DNA from: Antedon mediterranea
Lineage: Eukaryota > Animalia > Echinodermata
DNA: 64,000 nucleotides
Assembly (NCBI RefSeq): GCF_964355755.1
Contig: NC_092673.1
Location: 17,295,648 to 17,359,647, forward strand
Direction of reading: 5' to 3'
Part shown: positions 14,150 to 26,200 of the stretch, one piece after another
Layout of the letters: each line of letters opens with the position of its first letter
Position numbering within the stretch: position 1 is the first letter of the stretch
The notes under the pieces: model-generated
Told to the model about the DNA's origin: nothing
The model's database searches: none
Seen by the model: the letters and a program-made list of their open reading frames with translations, nothing else
Position numbers and translations under genes: made by a program

Positions 14150-14520
14150 ATAGTACAGTGATACGCCCGTATTCTTTAAACCAGACTGTAGTCGTAGTTC
14201 GAACTTCGACTTCAAAAAGTCCTAGTACGAGCTACGGTCTCAAGCCCCCCTTGCCAGGGAGACTAGCTTTCCCACCAAATTTTTGTCGGGGAATATAATA
14301 TACACATTGTTCACGTTCACTTCGTAGCTTCAGCACCTAGAAAACCGCGACGTTCAATTGACCGTGAGTACGTCAGAGGACTATTATTATGCCCTATGCA
14401 TTCATTATTGCTAGCGATCTAACTACTAAACAATAGGAATGCACTTGTCTGGCCTTTGTACGAATCGTTCGCGTTACTTTGTGTACTGTGTATCGACGTA
14501 CGCTACAGCAAAAACAAGTT
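14150..14520 (+). promoter_or_regulatory. Candidate promoter and non-coding first exon of the ANK-DED-TM gene
   Basis: Local CpG enrichment in a CpG-poor background; TATA-like TATAATAT at about 14296; consensus donor ACC|GTGAGT at 14364; next good acceptor leads to the ATG exon at 17145. Confidence 0.45.
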
Positions 14521-15699
14521 ATGTTAATTATTCGTATGTTCACCAATTTTTTAATTTACAATTAACCCTCTGTACCGTGGGACACCTAAAATAAATATTT
14601 CATACATTACTAAACAAAAAACATGCTATTTTCGCTTAGCCAACAACATCTTATTATAGTTTAGTTATTAAGTTTTTAATGTCCTGTATGTCATGAACTT
14701 CTCACCATACTCAAAGTCCAGATGGTAAGCATACATACTTACGAGGTATACTGATTTTCGCGACTGAAAATGGTCTACGCTTGCGGACACACACCACCCA
14801 CCCACCCCAATTAACCACTTTTTTAAGCCTCTAGGCCCGATGTTTTCAAATTATAAGATGCAATTTTTGAAGACCTGCAGGTCTAGTTTACAAAATTTTC
14901 TTAGGTACTTATAAATTTCATTTCATATTTTGAAGCACAATAAGTGCATTTTCCAGGACCTATAACAGCTCTAATTTTCAAAAATGTCTTAGCTCAGTTC
15001 CTGCCTGTGGGTACGTTTTACATTTGTGTATATTTTCTATGCTACAATATACTCGATAAATATAGGCATATTTTGAACTTTAAAGGTCACTTCATTTTTA
15101 AAATTGAAATGGATTGCCACAGTCATCATTGCGCATCGGTTTTTTGCACGCAGTATTTTATTTATGCATTATGAAAAATGGAAAAAGTGGCTACCCTAAA
15201 TCTGATTAAAATTGCCTCAAATGACGCTAGAACGCGTTGCTTCCGTGGGCTTTGCCCTCTAGACTCCCTGGCGGCCCCCTTGCACCCAGCCTAGAGAGAG
15301 ATTAACAACATTTTTGACCAAATAACTGATATGTTTTTCTGATAGTGATACTCACAATTGCCTAGAGGGATGTTTTTGCTGTTTTTTTGGGGTTTAAAGT
15401 AAAGTGGGCCAAACTGAATGGCAGCCATTTGTTGTGTATTAATTAAAGAAAAGTCATAATTGCCGTTTGGGAAAATGAATCCACAAAACAATGTTTCCAG
15501 TTGTTGATCTGTCAATCAATTATTATGAACAAAATAATTTTTTAAATATTTAAAGATGAGACCATGGCCAGTTTAATATCAACTTGGTGATAAACTTAGA
15601 TTTTACAATCGTACAATGTACACAATAGGCTTTATTTGTTTAACAAGTATAACAGTTTAAAAATCTAAAGTATAATATGTTGTAATGCTAGCACAGGAG

Positions 15700-17070
15700 T
15701 CATCTTCATTCAGTAACGCCAACATACAGGTCATCTTCATGCAGTAACACCAGCATACAGGTCATCTTCATTCAGTAACACCAGCATACAGTTCATCTTC
15801 ATTCAGTAACACCATCATACAGGTCATCTTCATTCAGTAACACCAGCATACAGGTCATCTTTATTCAGTAACACTGGCATACAGGTCATCTTCATTCAGT
15901 AACACCAGCATACAGGTCATCTACATTCAGTAACACCAGCATACAGGTCATCTTCATTCAGTAACACCAGCATACAGGTCATCTCTTCATTCATTAACAC
16001 CAGCATACAGGTCATCTCTTCATTCAGTAACACCAGCATACAGGTCATCTTCATTCAGTAACACCAGCATACAGGTCATCTTCATTCAGTAACACTGGCA
16101 TACAGGTCATCTTCATTCAGTAACACCAGCATACAGGTCATCTTCATTCAGTAACACCAGCATACAGGTCATCTTCATTCAGTAACACCAGCGTACAGGT
16201 CATCTTCATTCAGTAACACCAGCATACAGGTCATCTTCATTTATTAACACCAGCATACAGGTCATCTTCATTCAGTAACACCGGCATACAGGTCATCCTT
16301 TATTCAGTAACACCAGCATACAAGTCATCTTCATTCAGTATACACCAGCAAACAGGTCATCTTCATTCAGTAACGCCAGCATACAGGTCATCTTCATGTA
16401 GTAACACCAGCAAACAGGTCTTCTTCATTCAGTAACGCCAGCATACAGGTCATCTTCATTCAGTAACACTGGCATACAGGTCATCTTCATTCAGTAACAC
16501 TGGCATACAGGTCATCTTCATTCAGTAACACCAGCATACAGGTTATCTACATTCAGTAACACCAGCATACAGGTCATCTTCATTCAGTAACACCAGCATA
16601 CAGGTCATCTTCATTCAGTAACACCAGCATACAGGTCATCTTCATTCATTTACACCAGCATACAGGTCATCTTCATTCAGTAACACCGGCATACAGGTCA
16701 TCTTCATTCAGTAACACCAGCATACAGGTCATCTTCATTCATTTACACCAGCATACAGGTCATCTTCATTCATTAACACCGGCATACAGGTCATCTTCAT
16801 TCAGTAACACCAGCATACAGATCATCTTCATTCAGTAACACCAGAATACAGGTCATCTTCATTCAGTAACACTGACATACAGGTCATCTTCATTCAGTAA
16901 CACCAGCATACAGATTATCTTCATTCAGTAACACCAGAATACAGGTCATCTTCATTCAGTAACACCAGAATACAGGTCATCTTCATTCAGTAATGCCAGC
17001 ATACAGATCATCTTCATTCAGTAACACCAGCATACAGATCATCTTCATTCAGTAATGCCAGCATACAGAT
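15700..17070. repeat. 31-bp minisatellite, about 44 copies
   Basis: Unit TCATCTTCATTCAGTAACACCAGCATACAGG. Confidence 0.96.
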
Positions 17071-17223
17071 GCAATTTAATTGTCGTAGCCTTTAATGCAA
17101 AGGTTTCTGTCTGATTAATTATGTTTTACCTTTCATATTTTCAGAACAGAATGTGTAGGCTTACTTTTACACTAGAAGCTATCAGTATTAATAATTGTTA
17201 AATGAACACACTTTATTTTTGAA

Positions 17224-17231
17224 ATGGAAAG
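17224..17231 (+). CDS. First coding exon portion (exon 17145-17231): ATG GAA AG|
   Basis: Acceptor TTTTCAG ending 17144; gaaATGG context; donor GTACGT at 17232; phase 2 matches the next exon. Confidence 0.65.
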
Positions 17232-20200
17232 GTACGTTTGTTTTTTATTTCAAATCCAACAAAAATAACTGTAACGGTTAAAAACAAATTAAAATGTTTG
17301 AATAGTTAGCAATACTTTAAAACTTTCTTAAAAGATTATGAAATCATAAATATTACAATTAAAGGGCTCATTCTCATCAAATATAATGATTATTTCCATC
17401 AATCATCATTTTCATAATATAATGTAATAATTCATTATTTCTTACATTTTAACAGGAACAAATTAGAAGAAGCTTTGTTGTACACGTGTGATTTGCAAAC
17501 AATTAAACACATTTGTAAGACGCAACCAGATCTTGTGAAATCTATCAATGAGGTATTTAAAACAAGATGTACATTATTTTTATAATATTATCAAATAAGA
17601 AATTTAATTAAAGTTTAAAATTATAGAGATTGTAATTTTCTTTATTATTTATTATAACATTTTTTTATATAATGAATTACAATTATTTTGCAATATCACA
17701 CTAATGATGTTGGTAAGACCTGCATGCACTGATTAACCACATTAGGCTAAAAATAATAATATAAATACACACTGATGATGGGGATAACCTGCATGTACTG
17801 ATTAACCACATTAGGCTAAAAATAATAATATAAATACACACTGATGATGGAGGTATAACCTGCATGTACTGATTAACAACATTATGCTAAAAATAATAAT
17901 ATAAATACACACTGATGATAGGGGTATAACCTGCATGCACTGATTAACCACATTAGGCTAAAAATAATAATATAAATACACACTGATGATGGAGGTATAA
18001 CCTGCATGTACTGATTAACCACTTTAGGCTAAAAATAATAATATAAATACACACTGATGATGGGGGTATAACATGCATGTACTGATTAACAACATTAGGC
18101 TAAAAATAATAATATAAATACACACTGATGATGGGGGTATAACCTGCATGCACTGATTAACAACATTAGGCTAAAAATAATAATATAAATACACACTGAT
18201 GATGGGGGTATAACCTGCATGTACTGATTAACCACATTAGGCTAAAAATAATAATATAAATACACACTGATGATGGGGGTATAACCTGCATGCACTGATT
18301 AACCACATTAGGCTAAAAATAATAATATAAATACACACTGATAATGGGGGTATAACCTGCATGTACTGATTAACCACATTAGGCTAAAAATTATAATATA
18401 AATACACACTGATGGGTATGGCAAGCCTCAGCTGTCTGCAGTATTCGAAATATTATATTATTATATCATTTTCACGCTACATCACAAGAGAGGACTCAAT
18501 CAGATATAAAGCAAGCAGCAATTTTAGGACTGAGAGACTGACGTTTTGCTAAAATGCATACTCGACTATAGTTTATAGGTCCCAGCTGCTGGACCCAAAA
18601 AACGTCTGGGAAAAGTGTCTATGAGGGCTCACGGTTGAACGATTTTGGATTCTTGCCCTTTGATTGGTTGACTTCAAGGCAAATGGTTTAACCTAAATTT
18701 GTTATCGTATCTAGCTTAACTTAATTATGATATTAATTTCATTGGGTGTTAAAAATCAGTACCAAAAGTATGTACCAACTTTCTCTTCCATTGAGTATAA
18801 ATTCTAGAAGTTGCACTTAATTTACTGAAATTTCTCATTACTTATATGTAAATTCATTAAACTGCTTATTGGCCTCATATTGTTAACATCTAAACATTTG
18901 TTTGTACAATTTTATGAAATATGTATTTTATTAATGTTCAAATTTTGTGATTGATATTGTACAGTAAGTAGATTTTAATGATTACTTACATTAAGTAATA
19001 GGCTAACAATCACTAGATCTGATCCATGGTAATATATTATATTTTGTTTTCATTTTATCAATAATGATAATTAGGATTTTATCACATTATTTAGCAGTAA
19101 TTGTTGTTGTTTGTATTTACAAAAAAAACCAATTTTACATAATGTCTGTTGTCAGTATTTATAAACTTCATTATGATTCCTTTCCAGAATGGGAACACGC
19201 CATTACATTCATATCTGGGGAGTGTATATACACCTACCTTAGAAATAGTGACATGTCTCATTCAGCATGGGACACCAGTAGCATTGCAAAATAAGGTAAT
19301 GTACAGGGATTTGCTAGTGTAATAGGCTAATATTCTAAAGATATGCTGTGGTAGACCATTCTATTTTGTTATACTCATTTATCAATAATGATAATTAGGA
19401 TTTTATCACATTATTTAGCAGTAATTGTTGTTGTTTGTATTAACAAAAAAACCCAATTTCACATAATGTCTGTTGTCAGTATTTATAAAACTTCATTATG
19501 ATTCCTTTCCAGGATGGTGAGACTCCATTACATTCATATCTGGGGAGTCTAAGCCTATATCCACTTCCCTTAGAAATAGTGACGTGTCTCATTCAGCATG
19601 GGGCACCATTAGCATTGCAAAATAAGGTAATGTACAGGGATTTGCTAGTGTAATAGGCTAACATTCTATAGATCTACTGAAGTAAACCATTCAATGAGAG
19701 AAAAAAGTAAGCACATTAACAAAAATCAAATTTGATTAAAACAAACCAAATAAAAAAATAACTAAATAGTTATATATGATTTATGATAACTGATTTAAAG
19801 TGTACAGCTACCTATCATATAACATAAATCTTTAATTTTCTTAATGAACAATTTTTTTTATATATTCAGTTATTAATAAACAATTATTGACAATGGTCTA
19901 ATTAATTGTAAATATGAAATAAAATGCGACAACTACTAAACAACTAAAAATGTTTATGTTAAAAAAATTAATAGAATCTGATTTTAATAAAAAATAATTA
20001 TTAATTAATAACCTACTCCCTCCCTTACCTTACAAAAAATGCTTCTGTCAGTCTATCCAGCTAATTATAAACATGGCCTTAAACTGCATCTGGAGATCTT
20101 TTTCCAACCTAGGATATTTTTGTGCAAACATTTTGCCACAAAAGGAAGAGAAATGTAAATAATATTTAGCCTTTAGTTAGTGGTTTCCAAAATTTAAAAT

Positions 20201-23200
20201 GTTTGAGCAATGCAATTTAAAAAAGAAAGCTAATATGAAATTATTCTGTTCAAACTGAATGCTTTAAGAACAGTTCCGTCTCTTATCTTATGACTTTTCG
20301 GGGAAAAATGACATTATTAAAGTTGCTATATAAAATTTGATACTAGTAAGTGTCAATAGATGGTTCTTAAATACATGACCTTTGATAAATAACTGAAAAT
20401 TGCACTGTACACAAGGCAAATAAATACAGATATGATGGAATTTATGTAGTCAAATATAATTTTCATCCTGAGAATTACCTTAATTTTGTTTATTGCATGG
20501 CATTGTTCACCAAATTCCTGTCTTGGTACAATTGATGATGGGATGGTATAAGGCTTCATGATATGATATGATCTTCATCGAGGCAAATGATAAATTTGTT
20601 TTGATCGTCAATATAGTACACTGGTTTTCATTAGGTGTTAAAAATTAGTACCGAAAGTATGTACCAACTTTCTCTACCATTGGGTTAAAATTCTAGAAGT
20701 TGAACTTAATTTACAGAAATTTCCCATTACGTAAATTTATATATAAATTCATTAAACTGCTTTGTGGCCTCATATTTTTAATATCTAAACATTTGTTTGT
20801 ACAATTTTATGAAATATTTATTTTATAACGTTCAAATTTTGTGATTGATATTGTACAGTAAGTAGATTTTAATGATTACTTACATTAAGTAATAGGCTAA
20901 CAATCACTAGATCTGATCCATGGTAATATATTATATTTTGTTTTCATTTATCAATAATGATAATTAGGATTTTATCACATTATTTAGCAGTAATTGTTGT
21001 TGTTTATATTAACAAAAAACCCAATTTTACATAATGTCTGTTGTCAGTATTTATAAACTTCATTATGATTCCTTTCCAGGATGGTGAGACTCCATTACAT
21101 TCATATCTGAGGAATGTATATAGAATACATAGCTTAGAAATAGTGACTTGTCTCATTCAGCATGGGACACCAGTAGCATTGCAAAATAAGGTAATGTACA
21201 GGAATTTGCTAGTGTAATAATAAGCTAACATTATATAGATATGCTGAAGTAAACCATTCTATGAGAGAAAAAAGTAAGCACATTAACAAAAATCAAATTT
21301 GATTAAAACAAACCAAATAAAAAAATAACTAAATAGTTATATATGATTTATGATAACTGATTTAAAGTGTACAGTTACCTATCATATAACATAAATCTTT
21401 AATTTTCTTAATGAACAAAAAAATCTATTTTTTTTTATATATTCAGTTATTAAATAACAATTATTGTCAACGGTCTAATTAATTGTAAATATGACGTAAA
21501 TACTAAACAAATAAAAATATTTATGTTAAAAAAATTAATAGAATCTGATTTTAATAAAAAATAATTATTAATTAATAACCTACTCCCTCCCTTACCTTAC
21601 AAAAAATGCTTCAGTCAGTGTATCCAGCTAATTATAAACATGGCCTTAAACTACATCTGGAGATCTTTTTCCAACCTAGGATCTTTTTATGCAAATATTT
21701 TGCCACAAAAGGAAGAGAAATGTAAATAATGTTTAGCCTTTTAGTTAGTGGTTTCCAAAATTTAAAATGTTTGAGCAATGCAATTTAAAAAAGAAAGCTA
21801 ATATGAAATTATTCTTTTCAAACTGAATGCTTTAAGAACAGTTCCGTCTCTTATCTTGTGACTTGTTGGGGAAAAATGACATTATTAAAGTTGCTATATA
21901 AAATGTGATACTAGTAGTGCCAATAGATGCTCCTTAAATACATGACCTTTGGTAAATAACTGAAAATTGTTTAAGTACAAAGCAAATAAATACATATATG
22001 TTGGAATTTATGTTGTCAAATATAATTGTCATCCTGAGAATTAACTTAATTTTGTTCATTACATGTTATTGTTCACCAAATTCCTGTCTTGGTACATTTT
22101 ATTATGAGATGGTATCAGACTTCATGATATGATTTTCATTAAGGCAAATGGTTTAAACTAAACTTGTTATCGTTAATATCGAACTTAGCCTAATTATGAT
22201 ATTGATTTCATTGGGTGTTAAAAATCAGTACCGAAAGTATTTACCAACTTTCTCTACCATTGAGTATAAATTCTAGAAGTTGCACTTAATTTACTGAAAT
22301 TTCCCATTACCTAAATTTATATGTAAATTCATTAAACTGCTTATTGGTCTCATATTGTTAACATCTAAACATGTATTTGTACAATTTTATGAAATATGTA
22401 TTTTATTAATGTTCAAATTTTGTGATTGATATTGTACAGTAAGTCGATTTTAATGATTACTTACATTAAGTAATAGGCTAACAATCACTAGATCTGATCC
22501 ATGGTAATATATTATATTTTGTTTTCATTTTATCAATAATGATAATTAGGATTTTATCACATTATTTTGCAGTAATTGTTGTTGTTTGTATTTACAAAAA
22601 AAAAACAATTTCACATAATGTCTGTTGTCAGTATTTATAAACTTCATTATGATTCCTTTCCAGTCTGGTGACACTCTATTACATTCATATCTGGGGAGTG
22701 GATATAAACCTACCTTAGAAATAGTGACGTGTCTCATTCAGCATGGGGTACCATTAGCATTGGAAAATAAGGTAAATGTACAGGAATTTGCTAGTGTAAT
22801 AGGCTAACATTATATAGATATGCTGAAGTAAACCATTCAATGAGAGAAAAAAGTAAGCACATTAACAAAAATCAAATTTGATTAAAACAAACCAAATAAA
22901 AATAGTTATATATGATTTATGATAACTGATTTAAAGTGTACAGTTACCTATCATATAACATAAATCTTTAATAATAATAAATGAAAACTTATATAGCGCC
23001 GGTATCCTCCACCCATGTGGCGCTCATGGCGCTTTGTGCATTAACAACGTGCGAGAACATCAGCGAATAGCGACGTCTTTAGGTTGGTCTTGAAACTGTT
23101 TAGACTAGTTGAGCATTTAACTGTTGCTGGTAAGCTGTTCCATACACTTGCGGCCGCAACGAAAAAAGATCTCTGACCCCACTGATTTTTCGCTCTACGC

Positions 23201-26200
23201 TCTTGAAGAAGGTTTTGTGACAATGATCGTAGGCCTCTGCGGGATGATTCGTAACGATCCACAAGGTCAGATAAATAAGCAGGAGCACTGTCATTTAGGA
23301 TCTTGAATACAAACAACGCAAGTTTGTACTTAATACGTTGTTGAACAGGCAACCAATGCAAATCCATCAGGACAGGAGTTATGTGAGCGTTTGATTTTGT
23401 ATAAGTTACAATTCTAGCTGCCATATTTTGCAAGCGCTGCAAACGTTGTATTTGAGATTTTGGTATGCCAAACAACAAGGCATTACCAATGTCAATTTTA
23501 GAAGTGACAAATGAGTGTACAATCAATTCAGCTGTTTTCTTGTTAAGATTACCGCGAATACGACCAAGGTTCCTAATCGATATGCATGCTGCTTTGGATA
23601 CAGTTGTTATTTGTGCTTCCATAGTGAGATTACTATCCAGCATGATTCCCAGATTCCGGACCACCGATGAGGGAGCGATGTTAGAGTTTCCGATTCTGAA
23701 ATGTGTGATGTTGATTTTGGAGATGTTACCTTTAGACCCGACGATAATAAACTCTGTCTTTCCATCATTCAACTTTAGGTAATTTGTTGTCATCCAATTG
23801 CGAACATCTTCTATACAGGCTTCCATCTTACTGATTGCTGCAGCAACATCCCTTTCCACTGGATTTACTGACACATAAATCTGTGTATCATCTGCATAGA
23901 AATGGAAATGTAGACTGTGTTTGCGAATAATGTCACCAAGGGGAAGCGTATAAATGGAAAACTGGCCAGGACCAATTACTGACCCCTGTGGTACACCATA
24001 TTCCAGGCAAGCTTCATCTGAGAATGCATCATTGATACAGACTAGCTGACGTCTTCCTGTAAGATATGACTGGAACCAGTTAAGAGCAACACCATTTATG
24101 CCAATGCGATTTCTCAGACGGGTTATCAGTCTTCGGTGATCAACTGTATCAAACGCTGCTGACAAATCCAACAACACCAATAGCGTTATTTTCCCATCAT
24201 TCATTCCTTGTAACAAATCATTCTGTACCTTTAAAAGGGAACTCTCCGTGCTATGACATGCACGATATGCCGACTGGTAATTCTCATTTAAATTATGCTT
24301 TTGAAGATATGGAGTAATGCGTGATGTCACTACACGCTCCAGAGTCTTTCCAAGAAAAGAAAGATTCGACACCGGGCGGTAATTTTTCAGCGTGTTATGA
24401 TCCAAGTTTTGCTTTTTTATTAAAGGACGAACGTGAGCAATTTTCAGTTCATCTGGCACTATGCCGGTATTAAGAGAATGGTTAATGATTTCCGTTATTA
24501 TTGGAACGACTGCGTCTATACACTTCTTCAGTATAGAAGTAGGAACTGGATCTAACCTGCATGATTTTGTTGGTGATTTCATCAGAATGTTGCGGATCTC
24601 ATCTTGAGATGCTGGTGTAAATGTTGTGAGATGCTGATGAACAGCTGTCACAGGCTCATTAAATGACATGTCATCAATCTTGAAGTCGTCTCTGATGAAA
24701 AACTGACAGAACCTGTTCGCAAGATCTAAGTCAGAAAGACTATCTGAGAGAGGTGATACCTGGCGATGATGAAGGAGTTGGTTAACAATTTTAAAAAGTC
24801 CTTTCTGATCTGCTGCATGTTCTTCACACAAGCCAATGTAGTAGTTGGCCTTTGCCTTTCTTACCATGGAATTTACATTCCTCTTCTGTGCAATGTAAGC
24901 TTGACGATCTATTTCCAGATGAGAGATTCTCCATTTCTTTTCAAGCTTACGCTTTGTTCTTTTCTCAGCATAGATGTCACTGTTATACCAACTAGTGTTT
25001 GGTCGGACCTTTACTGTTCTCTTTTTCGGTGGTGCGTGTTTGTCAAGAAGTTCACTCAAAGTGGTGACATATAGTCGTACTTTACTTGATAAATCAAGAT
25101 TTGAGAGCGAAGTTCCGAGATCAGACTGTGTGATATCTTTACATAATGTCTCAAAATTTATAGCATTCCAATGACGAGTTTCGATGGATTTAGTGATTAC
25201 GGGTGGCTTCTTGATAAGGAGATTACATGTGATTGCATAGTGATCTGATATACCATCAATGACATTAAGGTTTGAGAAAACAGGAGGATCAGATGAACGA
25301 GTGATCAGCAAGTCTAATGTATGACCATGTCGGTGTGTAGGTGTAGACACATGCTGTTGAAGACTGCTTGCTGCAAGTAGATTCCGAAAATGAATTGCAT
25401 CTGCATCATTTGGCATATCCACATGGATGTTAAAGTCTCCAACGAATAGTATGGGAGCCGGCTTCAATACATAGTGATCAACCAAAGTTGAGAATTCTTC
25501 AGTGAAAACATTTAGACTGCAACCCGTTGATTTGCTTTGAGGACGATATACTGCTACGAGGAAAACTGAGGATGCATTGCTGACTATTTCCACATTTAGC
25601 AGTTCAAATGATTTTGGTAATAATCCCGTGTCATAACATTTAACCGCTATGCTTTCCTTGTAAAGAAGTGCAACTCCACCACCTCTTTTAGTACTAGCAC
25701 GGGGAGCATGTTTGAGAGAGTATCCGTTGGGTGTAATATTTCCTATAACTGATGTGTCTTCTGGTTTAAGCCACGTTTCCGAAAGGGCAACAACATCCAG
25801 ATTATGTTCGATAACGAAATCCACAAATTCTGTTGTTTTGTTCCGAACGGATCTTGTATTAATACAGCAAAATGTAATATTGTTTTTAGATAAGAGAGAG
25901 TTTGATGATAAGTCCGGAAATGATAGATTGTTTTTAGTGTGTTTGTTTGTTTGTTTGTCACGCCCAGCTCTTGTACCACGCCTGGTTTTTCTTTTTGGCC
26001 TCCTTGGTAATAGGTGGATACTACAGCTACTGGAGTTCAACTTAAAAGATTGTATAATTAAGCAAGATTCTTCAGGAAGTTCACAACTGTTATTGTTGTT
26101 GGTTACACAGCCCTGTAAACCATGAAGAAACTCAGAGCTATAGCTAATTAGCATGACAACAGCAGATCTTCAAGCATGAGGTGTACAAGGTCATTTACAT

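Noticed and set aside
15700-17070. CRISPR-like appearance of the 31-bp array (and the 66- and 89-bp arrays)
   Set aside because: Units are head-to-tail with no unique spacers, there are no cas genes, and the context is eukaryotic.
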